Origin: an uncultured archaeon
GTDB lineage: Archaea > Iainarchaeota > Iainarchaeia > Iainarchaeales > 0-14-0-20-30-16
Reading direction: 5' to 3'
Length of the DNA: 32,000 nucleotides
NCBI GenBank assembly: GCA_964565725.1
Contig: CAZMGA010000005.1
Coordinates: forward strand, 1 to 32,000
Shown: in pieces, positions 1-9,028 of the stretch
Layout: each line of letters opens with the position of its first letter
How positions within the stretch are numbered: position 1 is the stretch's first letter
The notes under the pieces: generated by a model
Database searches by the model: none
What the model was told of the DNA's origin: nothing
The model's input: the letters and a program-made list of their open reading frames with translations, nothing else
Position numbers and translations under genes: made by a program

Positions 1-497
1 GATTTTTCATCATTTAATGTTAATCCTAATTCTTTTAAGAAATCTGGAGTTGTCCAAATTTTTTTCTTTTTGTAAATCTCTTTAAGAAAATTTTGAATAT
101 ATGCTTCAAATTTTTCATAACTTTGATTTGAGACATAAATATTTCCGATTCTATTATATCCTTTTTCATGCAATTCTACATCATCTGCATTAAATTGTCC
201 TAAAATAAATTTTTCATTTAATGCTTTCATTATATCTTCTTCTATAGCTCCAGTAGTAGTAATAACAATATCTGCTAAACCTTTTTCAATAGTTTGAGCA
301 AATATACCTCTTAAACCAGATGAAGCCATATTAGAGGTAAAAGTTAAATATATTTTTGCACCGCTTTTTTTCATTTTAACAATAATTTCTGCTGCTTTTT
401 TTAAATTTGATGCTTGTAATCCTAAATTATCATATTGTTCAATTAAGTCTTTTACAGTAATATTTTTATTATATATAATATCTTTTATAAATTCCAT
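1..497 (-). CDS. dys: deoxyhypusine synthase, N-terminal portion (truncated by window edge)
   Basis: Hand translation from the ATG at 497: MEFIKDIIYNKNITVKDLIEQYDNLGLQASNLKKAAEIIVKM...KIYLTFTSNMASSGLRGIFAQTIEKGLADIVITTTGAIEEDIMKAL...GQFNADDVELHEKGYNRIGNIYVSNQSYEKFE; matches the DHS pattern FTSNMxSSGLR / TTxGxIEED / ELxxKGxNRIGN. Absent from the ORF track because it runs off the edge. Confidence 0.88.
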   Translation of the reverse strand, partial: MEFIKDIIYNKNITVKDLIEQYDNLGLQASNLKKAAEIIVKMKKSGAKIYLTFTSNMASSGLRGIFAQTIEKGLADIVITTTGAIEEDIMKALNEKFILGQFNADDVELHEKGYNRIGNIYVSNQSYEKFEAYIQNFLKEIYKKKKIWTTPDFLKELGLTLNDEK

Positions 498-581
498 AAA
501 TATTCCTCTTATCTAAATATTTTCAATATATATTATATTTATTATATTATATATAAATTGCTTTGAAAAAGAATAAAAATA

Positions 582-596
582 GGAGCTATTAGCTCA
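582..596 (-). terminator. possible hairpin terminator overlapping the stop of the zinc-ribbon ORF
   Basis: GAGCT-ATT-AGCTC (583-595), followed on the minus strand by CTATTTTTATTC. Confidence 0.3.
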
Positions 597-1022
597 TAAA
601 AAATCAGCACCTTTGAAATTTTTGTTTTTTAATCTGTTTATTAATTCTTGGTTTTTTGGTACTTTATTTGAAATTTGTTTATTTGATAAAAGATTTTCAG
701 ATTTATTTGCTTCAGCATCACTCATACGAAAAGAATCTTTTCTAGGGTCTAAATTCTTTTGAATTGGTTCTTTTAAATCTACATTATCGTCATTTTCTTC
801 TAATTTTACATCGTCAATGTTATTTTCATCAATTTTTTGTTTTTGTTTTATTGGTGGAGCCCATTGCATACCTGGTTTGTAATTTTTTGCAATAAAATTA
901 ATTTCTGACATGTCTTTTTTATCTGGAATTCCTTCCCATCCACATTTTGTACATTTTTTAAAACCATCCCCTATAGGTCTTAAACTTAAATTTCCACAAA
1001 AAGCACAGTGTTCCCATTGCAT
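594..1022 (-). CDS. zinc-ribbon protein with low-complexity charged C-terminal region
   Basis: CAFCGN...CTKCGWEG (CxxC...CxxC) at the N-terminus; GGTGAT Shine-Dalgarno just upstream of the ATG. Confidence 0.6.
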   Translation of the reverse strand: MQWEHCAFCGNLSLRPIGDGFKKCTKCGWEGIPDKKDMSEINFIAKNYKPGMQWAPPIKQKQKIDENNIDDVKLEENDDNVDLKEPIQKNLDPRKDSFRMSDAEANKSENLLSNKQISNKVPKNQELINRLKNKNFKGADFL

Positions 1023-1096
1023 TAAATCACCTTCTAATAAATATTTAATAATAAAATAACGTTATACTTTTTAAATAGTTTTCTATATATTTTAAT

Positions 1097-1666
1097 ATGT
1101 TTTCAAAAGGTTTATTACATATTATTTCTGGACCTATGTTTTCTGGTAAAACTTCAGAATTAATTAGATTATATGACAGAAGTGGTTTTGCAAAACAAAA
1201 ATCTATAATAATAAAACCATCAATAGATTTAAGATATTCAAAAGAAAAAGTTTCTACGCACAACCAAGATATGCGTTTATGTTATGTTTTAAATAATATT
1301 AATGAATTAACAACAATAATTGAAAAAGAATTACCTGAAAATGTATTTATTGATGAAGCTCAATTTTTTGATTCTAATATTTTAGATTTTATTACTAATT
1401 TAAGAAATAAAAATATTAATGTATATTGTGCTATATTAAATCAAACTTCTGAAGGTAATCCATTCCCTTTTAAAGATAATGATAAAGATGTAGGTACCTT
1501 AATGGCTTTAGCAGATAATATTACAATTTTAACTGCTGTTTGTCCTGTTTGTGGAAAGTTCGCAACAAAAACATATAAAAGAGAAAATTCTGGTAAAGAA
1601 GTAGATGTTGGAAGTTTTGATAAATATGAACCTCGTTGTTATGAACATTGGGATCCTAAAAAGTGA
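1097..1666 (+). CDS. tdk: thymidine kinase (type II)
   Basis: P-loop GPMFSGKT, FIDEAQFF, and zinc-binding CPVC...C motifs. Confidence 0.92.
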   Translation: MFSKGLLHIISGPMFSGKTSELIRLYDRSGFAKQKSIIIKPSIDLRYSKEKVSTHNQDMRLCYVLNNINELTTIIEKELPENVFIDEAQFFDSNILDFITNLRNKNINVYCAILNQTSEGNPFPFKDNDKDVGTLMALADNITILTAVCPVCGKFATKTYKRENSGKEVDVGSFDKYEPRCYEHWDPKK

Positions 1667-1881
1667 TAATGATATTTATGCCAGAATTAATTAAGCCTAA
1701 AAGAACATATAGAGTTGGAAGCAAAGTATTTTTAACTCCTGAATTTAAAGAAAAGGTAAGAGCAAATAGAAAGAAATTAAATGAAAATGATTATGTAAGA
1801 TCAGTGCTAGGTGCTAGTTATAATAAATCTTTTGAACATAGTTTTTGGGAGCATATTGGTCATTCAGGGCGATTTTTTTGA
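1663..1881 (+). CDS. small hypothetical protein; likely start MPELIKPKR at 1678; in frame with the next ORF across one TGA
   Basis: ORF track; GTGAT motif upstream (1664-1668). Confidence 0.5.
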   Translation: MIMIFMPELIKPKRTYRVGSKVFLTPEFKEKVRANRKKLNENDYVRSVLGASYNKSFEHSFWEHIGHSGRFF

Positions 1882-2526
1882 GTGTTTATAGGATTATTAA
1901 AAAATAGACCAATTAATTTTTTGAGAAATCTTAAAAAAACTAATCCAAAAATTATGATTTTGGGACCAGGTGATGGTGAATATATTTTAGACTTACATAA
2001 AACATTAAATAAATTAAATATTAATCCAGAGATTGATGTGTTAGGTTTATCTAATTCAATTACTTCTAAAGTTAAAAAAAAAATTAGAACTGATTATTCA
2101 CAAGGAATTAGTTTTGAAGAATTGTGGAATTATCCTGAAAAATATAAATCAATTATAAGAGACTTTTTAGGAAAATATGATTTAATTGAAGCGAGCTATT
2201 CCACAGGTTATCATACAAATTATCCTGAAAAAACTTCATTTTATACTGCTTTAATGTTAGCTCCACAAGGAGAAGCATATGTATTAATAAGACCAGAATC
2301 TGTTAGTAGTTTAGGTAATAAGTTTAATAAATTTAATAAAGAATATAAGTTGCCTTTTGGGATCCCACATCATGGACAAAAAATAACTATACTATATATT
2401 AAAGACTATTTACAAAGAGCTGTTAAAGCATATAATAAAAAGTATGGTACAAATTTAGAATTTGAATTGAATATTATAGATAAAAAAGATGGTGATTTTT
2501 ATTTAATTATTAAAAGAATTAATTAA
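1882..2526 (+). CDS. putative SAM-dependent methyltransferase-like protein
   Basis: Motif I-like IMILGPGDGEYILDLH; nominal GTG start directly after the upstream TGA, without a clear Shine-Dalgarno. Confidence 0.5.
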   Translation: MFIGLLKNRPINFLRNLKKTNPKIMILGPGDGEYILDLHKTLNKLNINPEIDVLGLSNSITSKVKKKIRTDYSQGISFEELWNYPEKYKSIIRDFLGKYDLIEASYSTGYHTNYPEKTSFYTALMLAPQGEAYVLIRPESVSSLGNKFNKFNKEYKLPFGIPHHGQKITILYIKDYLQRAVKAYNKKYGTNLEFELNIIDKKDGDFYLIIKRIN

Positions 2527-3207
2527 TTATAAAATCTTTTTACTTTTTATTTTCATTTTATTATCTAAATCATATACTATAGGTAATCCTAAAGGAATTT
2601 CTAATTTAGGTATATCCTCATCAGAAATTTTTTCCAAATGTTTTGTAATTGCTCTTATACTATTTCCATGAGCTACGATTAATACGTTTTTATTATGTTT
2701 TAAATCATCAATAACAAAATCTTTGTAATAAGGTAAAACCCTTTTTAATGTATCTGCTAATGATTCTCCTTTTGGAGGTTTAACATCAAAACTTCTTCGC
2801 CAAGTTTCTACTTTTTCTTTGCCAAATTTTTTTCTTAAATCATCTTTATTTTGACCTTGTAGGTCACCATAATGTCGTTCATTAAAAGAAATTGTTTTGT
2901 AAATTGGTAATTCTTTTTCAGTTTTCAAATGTTTTTGCATTTGTTCTAATTCAGGGTCATCAACATGATAAATAGGTGTTTTTTTTATATCCATTTCTTC
3001 TAAAGCGTAGTGTAAAGTTTGTTGTGCTCTAATTAATTCAGATGTATAAATAATGTCAAAATCAATTTTTTCTTTTTTTAATTTTTTTCCTGCTTCAATT
3101 GCTTGCTTAATTCCTAATTTTGATAGTGGGATATCAGTCCAACCAGTAAAAACATTTAATTTATTCCAAATAGATTCCCCATGTCTTAATAAAACTAATT
3201 TAACCAT
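2527..3207 (-). CDS. gpmA: 2,3-bisphosphoglycerate-dependent phosphoglycerate mutase
   Basis: LLRHGESIWN, FTGWTDIPLSxxG, FNERHYGDLQGxNK, VAHGNSIRA. Confidence 0.95.
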   Translation of the reverse strand: MVKLVLLRHGESIWNKLNVFTGWTDIPLSKLGIKQAIEAGKKLKKEKIDFDIIYTSELIRAQQTLHYALEEMDIKKTPIYHVDDPELEQMQKHLKTEKELPIYKTISFNERHYGDLQGQNKDDLRKKFGKEKVETWRRSFDVKPPKGESLADTLKRVLPYYKDFVIDDLKHNKNVLIVAHGNSIRAITKHLEKISDEDIPKLEIPLGLPIVYDLDNKMKIKSKKIL

Positions 3208-3221
3208 AATTACACCTTATA

Positions 3222-3674
3222 TTATATAATCTTATTTATTTTTTTTCTATCTCTATTTTCTTTTAATCTTCTTAAATATTCTGCTTCTGCTTTATCCTCT
3301 CTAACAAATTGTGCTCTTTCTCTGGCCATTGCAATTTGATATGCTTTATTTTTTAATTCAATTTCTTTATAAATTAGTTGTGAGAGTCTACTTCTATTAG
3401 AAGTATTAAATTTTTCTTCATAAAATTTTAATAATCCTGGATTTCTTAGAATTGCACTTGTTTCATCCTCCATTCTAGCCTCAACCCTATTTCTATATTC
3501 TCTATCATTTAATATTCTTTCTACATCTTGTTGAATTATTAATTTAACTTTTTCAGGTGTTAAATTAGTTCTTGCTTTTCTATCTGCTATTTTTCTTTCC
3601 GCTACTTTTCTCTCTTCTGGTGTTTTTATGTGTATTTTTTTAAATCCTTTATTTGGTGGTTGTTTAGTAGGCAT
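3222..3674 (-). CDS. charged, probably helical hypothetical protein
   Basis: ORF with ggagtgat Shine-Dalgarno upstream; no recognised domain. Confidence 0.5.
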   Translation of the reverse strand: MPTKQPPNKGFKKIHIKTPEERKVAERKIADRKARTNLTPEKVKLIIQQDVERILNDREYRNRVEARMEDETSAILRNPGLLKFYEEKFNTSNRSRLSQLIYKEIELKNKAYQIAMARERAQFVREDKAEAEYLRRLKENRDRKKINKII

Positions 3675-3740
3675 ATATAATCACTCCATAAATATAATCT
3701 AATAGAAATAAGTAATTAAGTTTAAAAAGTGTGGCTATAT

Positions 3741-4178
3741 TTATATTGGTTTTTCCCAGTTTTCTATCGGGCCTTGAATTATTGTAAATAAAGGATTATT
3801 TTCTATATTTTTAATATCTTTTATTTTTTTATAATCTTCTGGAGATCTTTCCTTTAATTTTTTTAATAAATGTGTAAATTCCTATTCTAATTGTTTATTA
3901 TTTACTTTAATGAAATAATTAGTATTTATTTTTTTATTGTTAATTTTGTTTTTATTAAAATTAAAATTTCTATTAAGTGATTCTTGAAATATAAAATATA
4001 AAAAAGTGTTTATTGCAATTAATGAATCTTTTGAATTTCTAAATCGAATTAATTGTGGATGTTTATTATAACCTTTTGTTTTATTCTCTAAAACCTTTTT
4101 TGCTAATAAAGATTCACGCCATAAAGCTACTAATCCAATACTATCTAAATATTTTGGATGTAATGACCATAAACGCAT
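3741..4178 (-). CDS. pyrimidine dimer DNA glycosylase / endonuclease V-like protein, interrupted by in-frame TAG at 3882-3884
   Basis: MRLWSLHPKYLDSIGLVALWRESLLAKKVLENKTKGYNKHPQLIRFRNSKDSLIAINTFLYFIFQES...VNNKQLE[TAG]EFTHLLKKLKERSPEDYKKIKDIKNIENNPLFTIIQGPIENWEKPI. The same frame continues to the TAA at 3741-3743. The track ORF (3882-4241) starts too far upstream and stops at the amber codon. Confidence 0.8.
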
Positions 4179-4215
4179 AGATATCAGTAAAAATAAAAAA
4201 ATAGAAAAAGGTTTC

Positions 4216-4428
4216 TTATAATTCTTTTCCTTTTTCGTCAATTATTTTTATGCATGCTACTGGGCAAGCATCTTTTGCTTCTTTACATTCGTCTAAATCT
4301 TTTTCATCAATTTCTTTTTTTAATAATTTTGACTTAGAACCATCCATTTTCCAATATTTTGGAGATATAGATGCACAAGCTCCACAACCAATGCATTCAG
4401 ATACTTCATGTACATATTTTTTAGTCAT
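4216..4428 (-). CDS. ferredoxin, single [4Fe-4S] type
   Basis: CIGCGACASISPKYW...CKEAKDACPVACI cluster-binding motif. Confidence 0.9.
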   Translation of the reverse strand: MTKKYVHEVSECIGCGACASISPKYWKMDGSKSKLLKKEIDEKDLDECKEAKDACPVACIKIIDEKGKEL

Positions 4429-4436
4429 ATTCTCAC

Positions 4437-4871
4437 CTAATATATTCTAACTAAATTACAATTTTTATCTAATTCTACAAAATGATTTGCAGATCCACTA
4501 TCATAAGCTTTACATTTATTTTTTGATTTATTATCTACATCTGTCCTAGGGTTATTTACAATATCACAAACCCAATCTTCAACTTTAAATCCAAATAAAT
4601 CTGATAAACACGGACCACTTTCATAACTTATGACATTGTTTATATCTTTACACATTTTTTGACATAATGCTATAGCTTTATTTGCATCTGTATTATATTG
4701 ATTTATTAATTCTTGATAATTTGTATCATATTTATTAATATTAAAATCTCTTATAGTATTTGCTTCATCTGTTTTTAAAGGTAAAACATTTACCAATAAT
4801 AAAATTATTAGTATAAATACAACACTAACAATTGAAGAAATTATAATATCTTGTTTTGTTAAATATTTCAT
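4437..4871 (-). CDS. membrane-anchored hypothetical protein with Cys-containing extracytoplasmic domain
   Basis: N-terminal hydrophobic helix followed by six Cys. Confidence 0.5.
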   Translation of the reverse strand: MKYLTKQDIIISSIVSVVFILIILLLVNVLPLKTDEANTIRDFNINKYDTNYQELINQYNTDANKAIALCQKMCKDINNVISYESGPCLSDLFGFKVEDWVCDIVNNPRTDVDNKSKNKCKAYDSGSANHFVELDKNCNLVRIY

Positions 4872-4875
4872 AAAC

Positions 4876-6087
4876 TCACCTGTAATAATTACTTTTAGTT
4901 TCTTTTTCTACAATTTCTGGTTTTTTAATTTTATTTATTGCCTCATTTAATTCTAATTGTGTTATTTTATTCAAATTTTTACGAATTGCAAACATAGCTG
5001 CTTCTTTACAAATTAATTTAATATCTGCACCACTACAATCTTTTGTTTTATTTGCTAAATCCTTTAAATTAACATTGCTATGAGGTATTTTCTTTAAATA
5101 AATATTAAATATTTCTATTCTATCTTCATAACTTGGTAAAGATATTTCTATAACTCTATCAAATCTTCCAGGTCTTAAAATTGCATCATCTAAAATATCT
5201 TTTCTATTTGTTGCTGCAATTACTTTTATCTGGTCTGATTCATAAAATCCATCCATTTCTACTAATAATTGTGTTAATGTTCTATTAACTTCTCTATCTG
5301 CACCAGTAGATATGTCCATTCTATATGATGCAACAGCATCTAATTCATCAATAAATATTATTGTTGGTGCTTTTTCTTTTGCAATTTTAAATAAATCTTT
5401 TACTACTTTCGCACCTTCCCCAATAAATTTATGGACTAATTCTGAACCATTTAAACTAATCATAGTAGATTTTGTTTTTTGTGCAATTGCTTTTACTAAC
5501 ATAGTTTTTCCAGTTCCTGGTGGTCCGTATAATAAAATTCCTTTTGGAGAATCAATACCAAATTTAATAAATAATTCTGGTTTTGTTAATGGTAATATAA
5601 CAGTTTCTTCAACTTCTAATATTACTTTTTTTAAGCCTCCTACTTCTTTAAAACTTATTTTTGGTTTTTCGTTTATTTCAAAAGCCTGTGCTCTGTAATC
5701 TTTTTCAGGACTTAGAACATCTAACATAGCCAAATTATTTTGTGCTAAAACTACTCTAGATTCTATTTGAATTTCTTTTAAGAATCTTTCAGGTAAATTT
5801 ACAAAAAATATCATACCATTATTTGTTCTAATAACTACTTTCATTTTATCTAAAAATATTTCTGATACACTACCTATAATTGCGGGCGTGTTTTTGTACA
5901 TGCCTATTGTTTTTTCTAATCTTTCATTTTCTAAAATTAAATTTTGATTTTGAATGGATAAATTTTCATTTTGTATTTTTAATAATTGAATTTCGTTTTT
6001 TATTTGTTCGGAATAGTTTTGATTATCTAAATTGTCATAAATATTTAATGATTTTAAACTATTGCCTAAATTATTTAAATTTTCCAT
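4876..6087 (-). CDS. pan: proteasome-activating nucleotidase (AAA+ ATPase)
   Basis: N-terminal coiled coil, OB-like region, Walker A GPPGTGKT, Walker B IIFIDELDA, SRH region DILDDAILRPGRFDR; C-terminal YYR compatible with a HbYX motif. Confidence 0.93.
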   Translation of the reverse strand: MENLNNLGNSLKSLNIYDNLDNQNYSEQIKNEIQLLKIQNENLSIQNQNLILENERLEKTIGMYKNTPAIIGSVSEIFLDKMKVVIRTNNGMIFFVNLPERFLKEIQIESRVVLAQNNLAMLDVLSPEKDYRAQAFEINEKPKISFKEVGGLKKVILEVEETVILPLTKPELFIKFGIDSPKGILLYGPPGTGKTMLVKAIAQKTKSTMISLNGSELVHKFIGEGAKVVKDLFKIAKEKAPTIIFIDELDAVASYRMDISTGADREVNRTLTQLLVEMDGFYESDQIKVIAATNRKDILDDAILRPGRFDRVIEISLPSYEDRIEIFNIYLKKIPHSNVNLKDLANKTKDCSGADIKLICKEAAMFAIRKNLNKITQLELNEAINKIKKPEIVEKETKSNYYR

Positions 6088-6120
6088 TTTCTCACCTATT
6101 ATATATAAATCTTAGATTAA

Positions 6121-6130
6121 TTTATAAAGG
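6121..6130 (+). promoter_or_regulatory. TATA-box-like element about 25 nt upstream of the ATG at 6150 (suggests a leaderless transcript)
   Basis: TTTATAAAGG at archaeal TATA spacing. Confidence 0.4.
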
Positions 6131-6149
6131 TTTATGAGTTAGTTTTAAT

Positions 6150-7412
6150 ATGCCTATAAAAATGCCTAAAAAATTAAGTAATTTTAGAAGTAATATTAAA
6201 CATAATGCTAAAAAATTAACTTTAGGATTGGCATTAGCAGCTACTGTCTCCGGCATAAGTCCTAAATTTAAAGTTGTAGATAAAAAACCTTTAGTTCATG
6301 AGGTTTATGATTATCGAAATTATGAATTAAAACAATCTATACTACATTCAGAAATTTATGTGGAAGAAAGTATTTCTAGTAAAAAAATGAGAAATAAATT
6401 ATTTTGTGAAAAATCATTAAACGAACTTTTAAAAAAATCAAATTCAAAAGAAAGTATTAACAAAATTGGTAAAATATTATTAACTAAATATCCTACAGAT
6501 AAATTATATTTATATGATTTGGCAATAGAACTTTTTTCTAAAAATTTTAATGTGGATCCAATTATATTAAAGACTGTATTTCGTAGAAATCAATTTAGTC
6601 TAGATAACCCTGTTTTAGAATCAAATCCTGAAAGAATATCATCTACATTGGGCTTTAAAATAACTAAAAATGAATTAAAAGAAAATCCTTTATTAGGAAT
6701 TCTTTCTGCAACTATTCGTATAAATAATTTATCTAAAAAATACGGTAAAGATTCTGCTACTTTATTATCCTATTATTTGAAAGGTTCAAATATTAAACCT
6801 GAAGATATTAAAAGATATGAATTAGAAATTATTAAATATAAAGGAGATTATTGGGAAAAAATAGATAAATCTACCAGAAAGTTAAATGGTTTACAAACAA
6901 TATCTTTAATGTCAAATTATAAAAAACATAATTATAAATTTTTATCAATTGAAAATTATAAAAAATTGTCTAAATTAGAACAAAGAAGAGAAATAGAAAG
7001 ATTTTTATTTTATTTTCAAGGTATTTATAATTTTGATATAAAAACAATTTCTTCAATAATAGAAATAGAATCACATTTTACATATGATTTAAAAAGTCCT
7101 GCTAATGCTATTGGTTTAATGCAATTAAAAGAAAGTAGTTTTAAAGAATTATTAGATAATTATGACTTTAAAAAAAATTTTGGTTTTGAACCCAAATTTA
7201 GAGATTTAAAAAATCCATATTTAAATTTATTTATGGGTATTATGCAATATAAATATTTAGAAATTATGCATAATGGTAATTTGGAAGATATTATTAAAGC
7301 ATATAATGGTGGTTCTAATGCATTATTAAATGCAAAAAACGGAGACATTAAAATGTCTGAATCTCTTACAAGATATTGGAATAAATTTTTAGGTGCATAT
7401 AGGTCGAGATAA
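6150..7412 (+). CDS. exported or membrane-anchored protein with C-terminal SLT-type lytic transglycosylase domain
   Basis: N-terminal hydrophobic segment; ISSIIEIESHFTYDLKSPANAIGLMQLKESS...IIKAYNGG matches family 1 transglycosylase motifs (E-S, GLMQ, AYN[AG]G). Confidence 0.82.
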   Translation: MPIKMPKKLSNFRSNIKHNAKKLTLGLALAATVSGISPKFKVVDKKPLVHEVYDYRNYELKQSILHSEIYVEESISSKKMRNKLFCEKSLNELLKKSNSKESINKIGKILLTKYPTDKLYLYDLAIELFSKNFNVDPIILKTVFRRNQFSLDNPVLESNPERISSTLGFKITKNELKENPLLGILSATIRINNLSKKYGKDSATLLSYYLKGSNIKPEDIKRYELEIIKYKGDYWEKIDKSTRKLNGLQTISLMSNYKKHNYKFLSIENYKKLSKLEQRREIERFLFYFQGIYNFDIKTISSIIEIESHFTYDLKSPANAIGLMQLKESSFKELLDNYDFKKNFGFEPKFRDLKNPYLNLFMGIMQYKYLEIMHNGNLEDIIKAYNGGSNALLNAKNGDIKMSESLTRYWNKFLGAYRSR

Positions 7413-7414
7413 TT

Positions 7415-8338
7415 ATGTCAAAAATTTTTGAAATTATAATTGCTATAATTGTAGCTTTATTATTAATTTTGTTTATTTTTAAATTGTTTATTTTTCCTAA
7501 AACAAATATTTATGCTGATTTAGAAGATTTAATAATTTTAGCAAAATCAAAACCAGGGGAACCTATTTGTAAATATTTAAATTTAGATAAAGCTAATGTT
7601 TCTAGTAGTTTGTTATTTAATGATGATAAAGATTTAAATTATTTTATCTGGTTTGTAGGTTCTGAAAAATTAAAAGTTTTTGCAAATAATGATAATTTTA
7701 TAATAAATATAAATAATAATTTAGGCAAAAAAAGAATTTGTGCAGTATGTTATCCTAAATTAATGTTTAATAAAGATTATGATGTTTTTTGTGAATTATC
7801 TTTTGATTCTAATTATAATAGTTTAAATGTAAATTTACAAAAAATTAATAGCCCTATTTCACAAGGTTTTATTTATAATAATAAAATAAATATTCCTCAA
7901 AATTATAAATATTATATTTATGTTTTTAATAACAATAAAAATATAATTGCAAATTTGGAATCAATTTTAGATCAAGATAATGAAGATATAGATTTATTGT
8001 TAGACAAAAATTTCGAATTTAATGATTCTGGAAATAAATTAGTATTACAATTAGTAGTTAAAAATAATGGTAATTATTATTCTGGATTTGGACCTGCTAA
8101 ATTTTTGTATCAAAATTTAGTAATAAATGTAAATTCAGAATACCAAAAAAAAGATTGCGTTGCAACTTATAAAGAAAAACAATACTATAACTATGATCTA
8201 CAAAAATGTGTTTATTATAATTATTGTAATAATTGTATTTTACCAAATCATTGTGCTGAAAAATGGAATGCAGAGTCATTATCTAAAGATTATTCTATTT
8301 CATATACTAACGAATCTGTAATGGAATGTAATGAGTGA
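7415..8338 (+). CDS. membrane-anchored hypothetical protein with Cys-rich C-terminus
   Basis: N-terminal TM helix; C-terminal CVATYKEKQYYNYDLQKCVYYNYCNNCILPNHC. Confidence 0.55.
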   Translation: MSKIFEIIIAIIVALLLILFIFKLFIFPKTNIYADLEDLIILAKSKPGEPICKYLNLDKANVSSSLLFNDDKDLNYFIWFVGSEKLKVFANNDNFIININNNLGKKRICAVCYPKLMFNKDYDVFCELSFDSNYNSLNVNLQKINSPISQGFIYNNKINIPQNYKYYIYVFNNNKNIIANLESILDQDNEDIDLLLDKNFEFNDSGNKLVLQLVVKNNGNYYSGFGPAKFLYQNLVINVNSEYQKKDCVATYKEKQYYNYDLQKCVYYNYCNNCILPNHCAEKWNAESLSKDYSISYTNESVMECNE

Positions 8339-9024
8339 ATAATATGTTTGAATTATTGGGTAATTGGTTATTAACATTAATAAATAATATTGGTTATTTT
8401 GGTTTAATATTTTCTATGTTTATAGAAAGTACTTTTATACCTTTACCTTCAGAAGTAATTTTAATTCCCGCAGGTATATTATGGTATCAAAAGGTATTTG
8501 ATCCTATTTTAATAATTATTTGTGGAACTTTTGGAAGTATTTTAGGGGCTAGTTTAAATTATTTTATAGGGGCTAAATTAGGTCGACCTTTAATATACAA
8601 ACATCCTAAATGGTTTTTTTTTAGTGAACAAAAATTAAAAAAATTAGATTTGTTTTTTGAAAAGTATGGTGCTTTAAGTATTTTTTTTGGAAGACTAATA
8701 TTTGGAGTTAGACATTATATTTCTTTTCCTGCTGGATTTACTAAAATGAATAAGAAAAAATTTGTTCTTTTTACAGGTTTAGGTTCTTTATTATGGGTTA
8801 CTTTTTTAACAATTTTGGGTTATTATTTTGGCTTACAAATGCATTTAATAAAAAAATATATGTATTTATTTACTATATTAATTATTTTGGTAATTATTAT
8901 GGCAATATTTATTTATATAAATAAAAATTATAATTTATTTACAAAAATAAAAATAAAAATTAAAGAAAATAAAGAGAAAAGAAAACAAAAAAAATTAAAT
9001 AAATTAAAAAATAAAAAGATTTAG
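8335..9024 (+). CDS. DedA / SNARE-associated (VTT) family membrane protein
   Basis: ESTFIPLPSEVILIPAG, GxxxGAxLNYFIGxxLG, FFGRLIFGVRHYISFPAGFTKM. Confidence 0.92.
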   Translation: MNNMFELLGNWLLTLINNIGYFGLIFSMFIESTFIPLPSEVILIPAGILWYQKVFDPILIIICGTFGSILGASLNYFIGAKLGRPLIYKHPKWFFFSEQKLKKLDLFFEKYGALSIFFGRLIFGVRHYISFPAGFTKMNKKKFVLFTGLGSLLWVTFLTILGYYFGLQMHLIKKYMYLFTILIILVIIMAIFIYINKNYNLFTKIKIKIKENKEKRKQKKLNKLKNKKI

Positions 9025-9028
9025 AAAT

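Noticed and set aside
1045-1263. 72-aa minus-strand ORF
   Set aside because: Antisense to the 5' part of tdk; no coherent motif.
3882-4241. Track start of the glycosylase ORF (MTKKEKNYKKPFSIF...)
   Set aside because: Family N-terminus is MRLWSLHPKY; the extension overlaps ferredoxin. Start revised to 4178.
4250-4450. 66-aa plus-strand ORF
   Set aside because: Antisense shadow of the ferredoxin gene.
5312-6137. Plus-strand ORFs 5312-5698 and 5880-6137
   Set aside because: Antisense to PAN, whose motifs are unambiguous.
7160-7348. 62-aa minus-strand ORF
   Set aside because: Antisense to the transglycosylase domain.
8097-8279. 60-aa minus-strand ORF
   Set aside because: Antisense to the Cys-rich membrane-anchored protein.
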